Shown in pieces: positions 19,502-28,317 of a stretch of 64,000 nucleotides of DNA. The DNA is taken from the sequence record OR062947.1; one strand, given 5' to 3'. Made by a program: the position numbers and the translations under genes. Each line of letters opens with the position of its first letter. Position 1 is the first letter of the stretch. Source of the DNA: Escherichia phage 348Ecol098PP. The notes beneath the pieces were generated by a model, which had not been told where the DNA came from, made no database searches, and saw only the letters and a program-made list of their open reading frames with translations.

Positions 19502-19831
19502 ATGAAAACATATCAGGAGTTTATCACTGAAGTTACATTATCTGCGGAACAGAAAGCTGCTATCGAAGAAGGTAAAAATCCCAAAGTAACATATAAAGTA
19601 AATAGTAAAGGCGTTTTTGATGGCTTGGTTCAAGACCCTGAATTGAAAAAAGTTCTTTCTAAAACTAATGCGTACTTTGCTCCTAAATTTAACACAGCCG
19701 GTGTACTTATTGGATTGGATGTATTCAACTCTAAAGGTGTTCTATCTAATGCCTTTGGTTATGCCGCTAACAAAATTACCAAAGCCGCATGGGAATCCAA
19801 TACTAAACAAGCTCAAAAGCCTAGAGTATAA
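19502..19831 (+). CDS. internal-protein-like protein with CTS (ipIII-like)
   Basis: Starts MKTYQEFITE. Confidence 0.7.
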   Translation: MKTYQEFITEVTLSAEQKAAIEEGKNPKVTYKVNSKGVFDGLVQDPELKKVLSKTNAYFAPKFNTAGVLIGLDVFNSKGVLSNAFGYAANKITKAAWESNTKQAQKPRV

Positions 19832-20003
19832 TTCTTGCCTAATAAAGGGAAACGCAACCTCTCCTTATGAACGTCGAGTCCTCTAAGTGATGTACCTTTT
19901 CCAACCTGTAATAAGGTCGAGCGCAATGCGGTAATGGGTTTACATAGCGAGTCGAAGGACCTAACATGTGCCATGGAATGGCCCAAACCTTAAGAGAAAT
20001 AAT

Positions 20004-20543
20004 ATGAGAACATTTTTAACTGGTCCTTATCTATCCCTGATGAATGCTTTTACACACCATTCTGATGCTAGAGTAGAAGAAATTTGTAAGAATGGTTATG
20101 TCCCACCATTTGAAGACGTACTCAAGCAGTACTGTACACTTCGTTTAGACGGTGGCAGACAATCAGGTAAATCAACCGCAATAACTAATTTTGCTGTTAA
20201 TTGGCTGTATGATGGTGGAACAGTTATTGTTCTTTCTAATACTTCAGCTTATGCTAAAATTTCTGCTGGCAACATTAAAAAAGAATTTTCTCGTTATTCT
20301 AGCGATGATATTCGATTCCGTTTATTTACTGATTCTGTTCGTAGTTTTATTGGCAATGAAGGTTCTAAATTCCGTGGATTAACGCTTTCTCGTATTCTGT
20401 ATATAATTGACGAGCCTATTAAAGCTCCTGATATGGATAAGATTTACAATGTCCACATTAAAACAGTACAGCACTGCTGCAAAAGCAAATATTGCATCGG
20501 CGGTAATGCTCGTCCTCAATTTTTTGTGATTGGAATGCAATGA
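20004..20543 (+). CDS. P-loop NTPase-like protein
   Basis: Walker A-like GGRQSGKST. Confidence 0.55.
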   Translation: MRTFLTGPYLSLMNAFTHHSDARVEEICKNGYVPPFEDVLKQYCTLRLDGGRQSGKSTAITNFAVNWLYDGGTVIVLSNTSAYAKISAGNIKKEFSRYSSDDIRFRLFTDSVRSFIGNEGSKFRGLTLSRILYIIDEPIKAPDMDKIYNVHIKTVQHCCKSKYCIGGNARPQFFVIGMQ

Positions 20544-20848
20544 TGACCACTATTGAAGTTTTTGAGTATTGTTATAACAGCCCAGTATGCAATAAAAGGG
20601 CTCTTGTAGAAAATTATGAGATTTACCATTTTAAACCTAAACGATATCGTTTGACTAAAGGTCCGTTCGCAGGGCAGCAGGTTCTTTGTACTGCTCCTAA
20701 TGCACGGTTGATGACTAGTATTCCGCATTTCAAAATGGAATTTATTGATGGGCCATTTAAGGGATTAATCACTCAAAGTTTAATGGCGTTTAATTCCGAC
20801 CCATTTTTGATTAAAGAACAATCTTGGATAAATTTATTTTCTAATTGA
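20540..20848 (+). CDS. hypothetical protein
   Basis: ATGA overlap. Confidence 0.55.
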   Translation: MMTTIEVFEYCYNSPVCNKRALVENYEIYHFKPKRYRLTKGPFAGQQVLCTAPNARLMTSIPHFKMEFIDGPFKGLITQSLMAFNSDPFLIKEQSWINLFSN

Positions 20849-20854
20849 GGTTAT

Positions 20855-21217
20855 ATGAAAGCATATCAAATTCTTGAAGGTGCACATAAAGGCACTATTT
20901 ATTTTGAAGACGGTACTCAAGCCCGGATTATTGTCTCTAAGACTTTTAAAGAAGACTCTATTGTAGACCCGGAAATTTTCTATGGTTTGAATGCCCGTGA
21001 AATTGAAATTGAACATCAACCTAAAGTTAAAATTGAAGGTGGTCAACATCTGAACGTTAACGTTCTGCGTCGTGAAACTCTAGAAGATGCAGTTAAGCAT
21101 CCGGAAAAATATCCGCAGCTGACCATCCGTGTATCCGGTTATGCAGTTCGCTTTAACTCTCTGACTCCAGAACAGCAGCGCGACGTTATCGCTCGTACCT
21201 TTACTGAGAGTCTATAA
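20855..21217 (+). CDS. autonomous glycyl radical cofactor (GrcA/YfiD-like)
   Basis: C-terminus [25 protein letters not shown] = glycyl-radical signature of the PFL C-terminus / GrcA. Confidence 0.8.
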   Translation: MKAYQILEGAHKGTIYFEDGTQARIIVSKTFKEDSIVDPEIFYGLNAREIEIEHQPKVKIEGGQHLNVNVLRRETLEDAVKHPEKYPQLTIRVSGYAVRFNSLTPEQQRDVIARTFTESL

Positions 21218-21441
21218 TGGCTAAATTGATTATAGAAGGGTCTGAAGATGTTTTAAAATGTTTTGCCGCCTGGTTTAGTTGCTCAGGCGAGCAATCATTC
21301 ATTGAAGCATTTAGAACGGGTGATATTACTGGAAAATATCCGTCAACCGATATCACTGTACGCGGATATGGTATTAATGAGCCTATCCAATTGGTCGAAT
21401 ATGACCTTGCCACCGATGAGGAAATTCCTTATGTCGATTGA
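21217..21441 (+). CDS. hypothetical protein
   Basis: 74-aa ORF. Confidence 0.5.
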   Translation: MAKLIIEGSEDVLKCFAAWFSCSGEQSFIEAFRTGDITGKYPSTDITVRGYGINEPIQLVEYDLATDEEIPYVD

Positions 21442-21697
21442 AGACATCAAAGGCTACAAGCCGCATACCGATGATAAAATCAGTAAAGTGAACGCTATTA
21501 AAGACGCAGAAGTCCGTCTTGGATTGTTGTTTGATGCTCTGATTGAAGAAGCATATATCTTGAAAGAAAACGAAACAGAGCAACAAACCAAAGAAGATAT
21601 GGATGCAGTGCAGGCTCTTAAGTATGCTAAGCAACATCTAAAAGAAGCCAGCATGTGGGCATGTCGTGCGGTATTTCGACCTGAGGAAAAATACTAA
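21431..21697 (+). CDS. hypothetical protein
   Basis: Internal ATG (MSIEDIKGY) overlapping upstream stop. Confidence 0.5.
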   Translation: MSIEDIKGYKPHTDDKISKVNAIKDAEVRLGLLFDALIEEAYILKENETEQQTKEDMDAVQALKYAKQHLKEASMWACRAVFRPEEKY

Positions 21698-21912
21698 TGG
21701 CTTCTACTATTACTGGGTTATTGGACTTTCAAGAAAAGGTCAACAAAATTTGTAGTGAATACTTAAAGTATCTTGAAGAAGACCTTGAAGATTGTAAGGA
21801 AGAAGGCGAAGAAGACTATGCTGACCAGCGTCGTCGCCAAATCGAAGAGATGAGGCATTTCGCCAATATGGTATCTAAAGAATCTTGGGCTTTAACTCCA
21901 TTTTATCAATAA
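21697..21912 (+). CDS. hypothetical acidic protein
   Basis: 71-aa ORF. Confidence 0.5.
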   Translation: MASTITGLLDFQEKVNKICSEYLKYLEEDLEDCKEEGEEDYADQRRRQIEEMRHFANMVSKESWALTPFYQ

Positions 21913-21917
21913 AGTAG

Positions 21918-21965
21918 TTTACTTCTCCTCTAGTTGTGTTACTATAGACCTGTCAACTAGAGGAG
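21918..21965 (+). promoter_or_regulatory. early promoter in 12-bp perfect inverted repeat (PeSL)
   Basis: GTTTAC; ctcctctagttg / caactagaggag; 3-prime arm carries SD of regB. Confidence 0.55.
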
Positions 21966-21973
21966 AAATCAAA

Positions 21974-22432
21974 ATGACTATCAATTCAGACGTTTTTATC
22001 CGCCGTAATAAACTCCGTCGAATCTTTGAAACGGAGTTCCGCAAAATAAATGCCGGTATAAAAGATGCTGCAAAGTCTCTTGGACTACCAGGCTTTCATA
22101 TCAAGTATTCTCAACATCTCTTAGATCGTGCCATCCAGAGAGAAATAGATGAGAATTACGTTTTTGAATTATTTCATAAAGTAAAAAATCATGTTAAAGA
22201 AGTTGCAGAATTTTTATCAATGCCGGCACGTCCAGATGTTGATGAAGATTTTGTCGAAGGTGTCGAATATCGCCCAGGCCGTTTAGAAATAACTGATGGA
22301 AATCTTTGGTTAGGACTTACAGTTTGTCGCGAAAATCCAGCATTCAAAATGAAGACTCTTCAATGCAGAATGGCTATTATTAACAGTAAACGACTACCAG
22401 GAAAAGCTTCTAAAGCAGTGATTAAAATCTAG
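21974..22432 (+). CDS. regB: endoribonuclease RegB
   Basis: MTINSDVFIRRNKLRR...HLLDRAIQREIDENYVFELFHK...RLPGKASKAVIK, recalled T4 RegB. Confidence 0.8.
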   Translation: MTINSDVFIRRNKLRRIFETEFRKINAGIKDAAKSLGLPGFHIKYSQHLLDRAIQREIDENYVFELFHKVKNHVKEVAEFLSMPARPDVDEDFVEGVEYRPGRLEITDGNLWLGLTVCRENPAFKMKTLQCRMAIINSKRLPGKASKAVIKI

Positions 22433-22440
22433 AGGTAAAC

Positions 22441-22983
22441 ATGAGAAAAGCACTACTCGCTGGTCTATTTGCTCTTTCGTTATCAGCACATAGCTCCGAG
22501 CATACTTTTAGTAATGTCCAACTCGATAACTTGAATTATGCTTATCAGTTTGGGGAACAGTTTTCTAAGGACGGAAAATTTAAAACGCATGAAAATATGC
22601 ATAAGAAAGGACTTGGATACATAATGGCCGCAATACTATGGCAAGAATCATCTGCCGGTATTAATCTTAAAGATAAGAAAGGTCACCATGCGTATGGAAT
22701 GTTCCAAAACTATCTACCGTCAATGAGGGCAAGAATTAACCAGCTTGGTTATAATATGACTGATGCCCAAATTAAGAAAATGCTATCTAAGCGGTCTAAT
22801 TCAGCCAGATGGGCTTATATCGAATTTTCTTATTGGTTAAATATACATAATGGGGATATAAGAAAAGCTATATCCTCATATAATGCGGGATGGAAGACAA
22901 GTGCTGGAAGTAAATATGCTTCTGAAGTCCTAGAAAAGGCTAATTACCTTAAATCAAATAAACTACTGGAAATAAAAGAATGA
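22441..22983 (+). CDS. secreted lytic transglycosylase (SLT domain)
   Basis: Signal peptide; SLT motifs E-S (WQESS), G-hMQ (YGMFQ), AYNAG-like (SYNAGW). Confidence 0.65.
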   Translation: MRKALLAGLFALSLSAHSSEHTFSNVQLDNLNYAYQFGEQFSKDGKFKTHENMHKKGLGYIMAAILWQESSAGINLKDKKGHHAYGMFQNYLPSMRARINQLGYNMTDAQIKKMLSKRSNSARWAYIEFSYWLNIHNGDIRKAISSYNAGWKTSAGSKYASEVLEKANYLKSNKLLEIKE

Positions 22984-23327
22984 CCAAAATGTTGGCTTTA
23001 ATAGTTGGCTTGGTTTCATTTAACGCTCTTGCTAATACTACATATACTGATGTAACGGAGTATACAAACAGAACGGCGTCTGATTATTGTGGTAAAAGTC
23101 AAGAGTGTAAAGTAGATTTTTCACAAAAATTGTTATATGCGTATAAAGACGGAGAAAAAGATGGGGCGTCTAGTAGGTTCAAGGCGTCTACCTTAATTAA
23201 AAGATACTATAAAAAATGGCAAATATTAGAATGCTCGGTGGCGGAACCTAAAGATAAGGCAGCATGCAATTCTATGGTGGACCGTCTAGTTGACTCTTAT
23301 ACTAGAGGACTTGCAGCAAGTGATTAA
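22980..23327 (+). CDS. secreted/periplasmic hypothetical protein
   Basis: N-terminal signal peptide MTKMLALIVGLVSFNALA. Confidence 0.55.
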   Translation: MTKMLALIVGLVSFNALANTTYTDVTEYTNRTASDYCGKSQECKVDFSQKLLYAYKDGEKDGASSRFKASTLIKRYYKKWQILECSVAEPKDKAACNSMVDRLVDSYTRGLAASD

Positions 23328-23784
23328 AAACTATATCAAGGGCGATATTGTCGCCCTGTTTTCTAAAGGTAATAATATTGCTCATGGGTGTAATTGTTTT
23401 CATACAATGGGCGCTGGTGTGGCAGGACAATTAGCAAAGGCTTATCCAAAAATTCTGGAAGCCGATAAACTTCAAACCGAATTCGGAGACGAGTCTAAAC
23501 TCGGGACTTATTCGGTTTATGAAAAATATTTTAAGACCCATAAAGCTTATTGCTTTAATCTTTATACACAGTTTGAGCCGGGACCTAATTTTGAGTACTC
23601 TGCTTTAATGAATTGTATAATAGAATTAAATGAATTCGGAAAGAATAAGATAACAAAGCCTGTAATTTATATGCCAAGAATTGGTGCAGGTATTGGTGGT
23701 GGAAACTGGGACGTCATCGAAGAGATTTTAGATACGTATTCTACTAAACTAGAAATTGTGATTGTTGATTGGGAACCTAAATGA
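23320..23784 (+). CDS. macro-domain protein (ADP-ribose binding/processing)
   Basis: Macro-domain-like motifs NIAHGCN ... GAGVAGQL; no in-frame ATG, start placed at GTG 23320 after SD (uncertain). Confidence 0.6.
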   Translation: MIKNYIKGDIVALFSKGNNIAHGCNCFHTMGAGVAGQLAKAYPKILEADKLQTEFGDESKLGTYSVYEKYFKTHKAYCFNLYTQFEPGPNFEYSALMNCIIELNEFGKNKITKPVIYMPRIGAGIGGGNWDVIEEILDTYSTKLEIVIVDWEPK

Positions 23785-23963
23785 AATTAACTAAAGAAGA
23801 GAAAGCTAAACTGTTCGAACTTATCCATGACCTATTGGATGAGCAAGCAGCCACCAATGCGTACGATGAATATGCTCCTTTAACAGATGAAGAATATCAA
23901 GCATTGATGGAATCATTTGACAGGAAAGAACAAGAACTCATTGACTACGTGAATTCACTATAA
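23781..23963 (+). CDS. hypothetical acidic protein
   Basis: 60-aa ORF. Confidence 0.45.
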   Translation: MKLTKEEKAKLFELIHDLLDEQAATNAYDEYAPLTDEEYQALMESFDRKEQELIDYVNSL

Positions 23964-23972
23964 GGGACTCTT

Positions 23973-24554
23973 ATGGCTAGTTTAATTTTTACATATGCCG
24001 CTATGAACGCTGGTAAGTCTGCTTCATTACTTACTGCCGCACATAACTATAAAGAACGTGGCATGGGTGTATTAGTTCTTAAACCGGCTATTGATACTCG
24101 TGATTCAAAGGGTGAAATAGTCTCTCGTATTGGTATTCGTCAGGATGCCAATATAATTACAAAAGACATGGATATCTTTGAATTCTATAAATGGGCTGCA
24201 GCACAAAAGGATATTCACTGCGTATTTGTTGACGAAGCTCAGTTCTTAACTACTGAAAAGGTGTATCAACTTAGTCGTATTGTTGACGTATACAATGTGC
24301 CAGTAATGGCATATGGACTACGAACAGATTTTAAAGGTAATCTATTTGAAGGTTCTCAAGCATTAATGGCTATTGCCGATAAGCTTGTTGAACTTAAAGG
24401 TGTCTGTCATTGTGGTAAAAAGGCCACAATGGTAGCTAGAGTCACGGAAGATGGACTTCCAATTACAGATGGCAGTCAAATTGAAATTGGTGATACCGAT
24501 AGATATGTGTCATTATGCCGGAAGCATTGGAATGATTTGACAGGGTTGTTATAA
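23973..24554 (+). CDS. tk: thymidine kinase
   Basis: P-loop AAMNAGKS, TK zinc-ribbon CHCGKKAT...LCRKHW. Confidence 0.9.
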   Translation: MASLIFTYAAMNAGKSASLLTAAHNYKERGMGVLVLKPAIDTRDSKGEIVSRIGIRQDANIITKDMDIFEFYKWAAAQKDIHCVFVDEAQFLTTEKVYQLSRIVDVYNVPVMAYGLRTDFKGNLFEGSQALMAIADKLVELKGVCHCGKKATMVARVTEDGLPITDGSQIEIGDTDRYVSLCRKHWNDLTGLL

Positions 24555-24581
24555 ATACTAATATCTAACCAAGAGGTATAT

Positions 24582-24794
24582 ATGCAGCAATTAAACGAAA
24601 GACAACTTCGTAATCTTACTGTAACCCAATTGGATGAAATCCGAAGAGAATTAGGACATTCTATTTCTCATTTAAACGAGGATATCCGTCAAACTGGTTC
24701 TAAAGCTGATTATACACGCAAGCGCAAGCTGGAAAAATACCTCACAGATGTTAAGGCCGTCCAAAGGCGAAAAATAAATACTGGCCAAAATTAA
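24582..24794 (+). CDS. hypothetical protein
   Basis: 70-aa ORF with SD. Confidence 0.5.
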   Translation: MQQLNERQLRNLTVTQLDEIRRELGHSISHLNEDIRQTGSKADYTRKRKLEKYLTDVKAVQRRKINTGQN

Positions 24795-24806
24795 CAGGAG
24801 GCCTAT

Positions 24807-25109
24807 ATGGCCTTAAGAGCGATAGCTGTCATGGCGATGCTGGGGTTTTTTGCAGCAACAACTCCTATCGTTGGTACTGCATATATCGACCCATATTTTG
24901 ATAACTTTATGGAATCAGGGATTAAAAACGTATATACTTTGTTTGAAATTCAAAATGTCGAGAATTCTGAAAAATTCTATAAGTATATGGCAAAGCATTA
25001 CAAAAATAGCCCCTGTGATGATGCATTTGAATGTCATGAACAAGGCATAAAAACTGCCAGACAATTTGCCGAGTTCATGAAAATAAAATTAGAGCCTACA
25101 TCTATCTAA
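24807..25109 (+). CDS. secreted protein
   Basis: N-terminal signal peptide. Confidence 0.55.
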   Translation: MALRAIAVMAMLGFFAATTPIVGTAYIDPYFDNFMESGIKNVYTLFEIQNVENSEKFYKYMAKHYKNSPCDDAFECHEQGIKTARQFAEFMKIKLEPTSI

Positions 25110-25115
25110 TTTACT

Positions 25116-25143
25116 AGCCCCTTCCGAAAGGTTGGGGCTTTTT
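25116..25143 (+). terminator. rho-independent terminator (copy of 9855 hairpin)
   Basis: agccccttccgaaaggttggggc + T-run, identical to 9855-9883. Confidence 0.7.
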
Positions 25144-25154
25144 GGCATCTATCA

Positions 25155-25206
25155 GTTTACTTCTCCTCAGGTTGTGTTATAGTAAACCTTACTTACTAGA
25201 GGAGAA
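25155..25206 (+). promoter_or_regulatory. early promoter / PeSL with SD in 3-prime arm
   Basis: GTTTAC; inverted repeat ttctcctc/gaggagaa. Confidence 0.5.
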
Positions 25207-25210
25207 CGTT

Positions 25211-25390
25211 ATGTCACGTAAAGAAAAAATTTCTAAGTTAATGTTTTTGATTGAAGAGTACGCTAATGCGGTATCTGATTGGGAAAATGCTCATGGTTGC
25301 GAAGATGGAGACATCGACATTAACAGAGCTATGAAAAAGATGGCTGATACGCACACCGAATTGCAAATGTATGTTAACGAGATTATGTGA
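25211..25390 (+). CDS. small hypothetical protein
   Basis: Internal ATG with SD gaggag. Confidence 0.5.
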   Translation: MSRKEKISKLMFLIEEYANAVSDWENAHGCEDGDIDINRAMKKMADTHTELQMYVNEIM

Positions 25391-25397
25391 GGACATT

Positions 25398-25607
25398 ATG
25401 CTTTACGATTATACTGGAAAATCTGAAGACGGTGTACTTGAACTTTTACCTGAAAGTGCTGAAGATGATGATATGACGACGGTGATGTTTTGTAAAAATG
25501 GCCCTGGGGATAAGGGATGGATTTATCTTCGTCAAGAAAATGACTTAATTGTTTTGGACCCTAAACAAGTTGAAGAACTTTATCAACATTTAAAACACAA
25601 TCGGTAG
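25398..25607 (+). CDS. hypothetical acidic protein
   Basis: ORF with SD. Confidence 0.5.
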   Translation: MLYDYTGKSEDGVLELLPESAEDDDMTTVMFCKNGPGDKGWIYLRQENDLIVLDPKQVEELYQHLKHNR

Positions 25608-25645
25608 TTTACAACTTGGTAGGACTATGTTATAGTAGTCCTACC
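25607..25645 (+). promoter_or_regulatory. early promoter in 10-bp perfect inverted repeat (PeSL)
   Basis: GTTTACA; ggtaggacta/tagtcctacc flanking tgttatag. Confidence 0.55.
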
Positions 25646-25663
25646 AAAACAAATGGAGAACAA

Positions 25664-25774
25664 AATGAAACTTTTGCTTATCGCTTATGTTGTAGTACAA
25701 TACAATTATCCGATGTTTACGTATAACATGGTAAATGGTATAATGAATCTTATTGAAGCGAGTATGGTAAAATG
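25664..25774 (+). CDS. possible 36-aa micro-ORF
   Basis: Strong SD aaatggag; region also contains promoter-like GTTTAC-N18-TATAAT, so may be non-coding. Confidence 0.25.
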
Positions 25775-25887
25775 ACCTGTGAACAAGCTAATAAATTGAT
25801 AGATCTTATTTAATTTTTATAGAAATCAGGTTGATGCTCGTCAGAATTATTTGGTGAATTTTGTTGAAACTTTAATTGGTGAATAAT

Positions 25888-26418
25888 ATGAAAACTGTAA
25901 TTGAAACGACTGAGTTGTTTGGTGATTTATGTATCGAAAAACGTGGTTATGCGTACGTTCTGACGCAAGAAGATGATGTTGTTACTATTCTTCCTATGGA
26001 ACTAGACAAGATTTTGAAACTCAATCCACCTGGTCATGCATCTGTAATTAACATTGATGGAGACCTTCAAGTTCGTTTTTATCACGGACTTTATAGCGGG
26101 GTTAATATCGAAACCGAAGATGAATGTTTTTCTATTAATAATTGGAAAACATTTGTCACTAAGGTGAAAGAATTCATGGAATCTGAAACAGCCAAAAAGG
26201 CCAAACTTCAATGGGCTAAATGCCGTAATGCTTTTATTACAAATCAGGACCGCCCTGACTATACAACAGTCCTGGGAGTTAATCCTTCTTATGAAGATGG
26301 TGATGTCGTAGTTATTCGTCAAATTGATGACCTTCGTCAACATATCATTACATTAGACAAAGATGAAGCAGTTGCTCTTAAAGCTTATCTTGATTCTATT
26401 ATCCCGACTTTGAAATAA
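25888..26418 (+). CDS. hypothetical protein
   Basis: 176-aa ORF. Confidence 0.6.
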   Translation: MKTVIETTELFGDLCIEKRGYAYVLTQEDDVVTILPMELDKILKLNPPGHASVINIDGDLQVRFYHGLYSGVNIETEDECFSINNWKTFVTKVKEFMESETAKKAKLQWAKCRNAFITNQDRPDYTTVLGVNPSYEDGDVVVIRQIDDLRQHIITLDKDEAVALKAYLDSIIPTLK

Positions 26419-26427
26419 GGAATTATT

Positions 26428-26901
26428 ATGATTATCAATGAAAACTCTTGGCACTTTAAAATTTATGCAGCGTTCAATAGTACATGGAATCGTCCGAAAA
26501 CGTTGTGTGCTTATTTTTGGAAAACGTTAATCCCGGTATTGGCTGCTTCAATTATTGGATTTGCGATTTTAGCAGCAGTCACAATCATTGGCCAGGAAAT
26601 TTTAACTAAATTCTTTGTTTTTAGCAGTCTATGGACATTAGTTCCAGCCTCAATTGGTGTAGGCATTTTAATGGTAGCAGTCATGGCTTTTATTGCTACT
26701 GGGTTGGTAATTGGTCCGTCTTGGTTGTTAGACAAATATAACGACAGAAAATATTATAAAGAAATTGAGCTCATTGCACAAAACCAAGAACGAATTAAAA
26801 ATGGACTTGAGCCTATTGAACGTAAGAAATCATTAATAGGTGAATACCTTAAAGCTCGTAAAGAAAAAGTCTGTCCTACTCTTGAATATAAGGCTAAATG
26901 A
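26428..26901 (+). CDS. integral membrane protein
   Basis: Several hydrophobic TM segments. Confidence 0.6.
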   Translation: MIINENSWHFKIYAAFNSTWNRPKTLCAYFWKTLIPVLAASIIGFAILAAVTIIGQEILTKFFVFSSLWTLVPASIGVGILMVAVMAFIATGLVIGPSWLLDKYNDRKYYKEIELIAQNQERIKNGLEPIERKKSLIGEYLKARKEKVCPTLEYKAK

Positions 26902-27887
26902 TGAAAACAATTATGAAAGGCTACTTTGGTAGCCACCTTTATGGAACGTCTACTCCTGAATCTGACGTCGATTTTAAAGAAATTTATGTCCCTCATGCTC
27001 GTGATATCTTGACCGGTAACGTTAAAGAACACATGAGCAAGAACACGAATAACACATCTTCTAAGAACACAAAAGACGACGTGGACCATGAGTTGTATAG
27101 TCTCAAATATTTCTTTAAACTAGCTGCGGATGGTGAAACCGTCGCATTAGATATGCTTCACACTCCACCAAGTCTAGTAGTTAAATCTGATTTGCCTGAT
27201 GTATGGAAGTATATTCAAGATAACAGGTCTCGTTTCTATACCACTAACATGAAATCTTATTTAGGGTATGTCCGTAAGCAAGCTTCTAAATATGGTGTCA
27301 AGGGTTCTCGACTGGCTGTTCTTCGTCAAGCCCTTAAACGTTCTAATGAATGGGGACAATACTTTGATAATGGTGCAGTAATTCGTTTATCACATATGAA
27401 GAATGTTCTGCCTGTAGGTGAATTTGCTTCGTGGGTTGAAACCGAAAACGAGAAAACAGGTAAGCAAACATTCTATAATCTGTTAGACCGTAAATTCCAA
27501 GACACATTAACCAATAAAGAGTTCAATGCCATCCTGGTTAAACTGGAAGAGAACTATGGTGAACGTGCTCGTAAGGCAGAAGCTAACGAAGGTATTGACT
27601 GGAAAGCATTGAGTCATGCATGTCGTGGTGGACTTCAACTATTGGAAATTTACAAAACCGACGACCTGGTTTACCCACTTCAGGATGCTCCATTTATTCT
27701 CGATGTTAAGCTTGGTAAACATACATTTAAAACTGTACAAGAATTCCTAGAAGATATCGTTGACCAAGTTGAACAAGCATCAGAACAAGCCGCTAAGAAC
27801 GGTATGCAACAAAAAGTAGATATGAGTTTCTGGGATGATTTCCTTGAGCAAGTCTATCTCGAAAATCATAATTCTTACTATAAATAA
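26898..27887 (+). CDS. nucleotidyltransferase-fold protein
   Basis: N-terminal GS-x10-DVD (pol-beta superfamily NTase motif hG[GS]...DhD). Confidence 0.6.
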   Translation: MMKTIMKGYFGSHLYGTSTPESDVDFKEIYVPHARDILTGNVKEHMSKNTNNTSSKNTKDDVDHELYSLKYFFKLAADGETVALDMLHTPPSLVVKSDLPDVWKYIQDNRSRFYTTNMKSYLGYVRKQASKYGVKGSRLAVLRQALKRSNEWGQYFDNGAVIRLSHMKNVLPVGEFASWVETENEKTGKQTFYNLLDRKFQDTLTNKEFNAILVKLEENYGERARKAEANEGIDWKALSHACRGGLQLLEIYKTDDLVYPLQDAPFILDVKLGKHTFKTVQEFLEDIVDQVEQASEQAAKNGMQQKVDMSFWDDFLEQVYLENHNSYYK

Positions 27888-27918
27888 ATAGATAAATAAC
27901 CCTTAACTTGAGGTAAAT

Positions 27919-28200
27919 ATGAAAAAATTAGTAATTGGTTTATTCGCAGTAATGATGGCATTCTCTGTTGGTGCTACCACAGGTGCAGCCGGCGGTAGTG
28001 CAGGAGCTGGTGGTAACCAGTCTTCTGGGCCTTCCAACGGTTCGGTAAATGCATCACATTCTCAGGGTATTGAGAACATTAAATCAAGCTATATTAATAG
28101 CACGGCCGGACAAGCAACTGAAGCATGGTCAAAGGGCCGAGTAGTTACTCGCTCCGTATTCTGTGATATGCCTAATTATGTTGCTAAGTGCGATAAGTAA
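27919..28200 (+). CDS. secreted Gly-rich protein
   Basis: Signal peptide then GAAGGSAGAGG. Confidence 0.55.
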   Translation: MKKLVIGLFAVMMAFSVGATTGAAGGSAGAGGNQSSGPSNGSVNASHSQGIENIKSSYINSTAGQATEAWSKGRVVTRSVFCDMPNYVAKCDK

Positions 28201-28204
28201 ATGT

Positions 28205-28224
28205 GGGGACCTTCGGGTCCCTTT
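28205..28224 (+). terminator. rho-independent terminator
   Basis: gggacc-ttcg-ggtccc + TTT. Confidence 0.65.
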
Positions 28225-28249
28225 AGGGGGTTAAAATATTTAAAAAAGT

Positions 28250-28285
28250 AGTGTACATGCTTTTAGGATATGTTATTATAGACCT
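28250..28285 (+). promoter_or_regulatory. early promoter
   Basis: gtgtaca ... tgttattatagacctatc. Confidence 0.45.
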
Positions 28286-28317
28286 ATCGAAACGAAATGA
28301 GTAAATTGGAGAATAAA

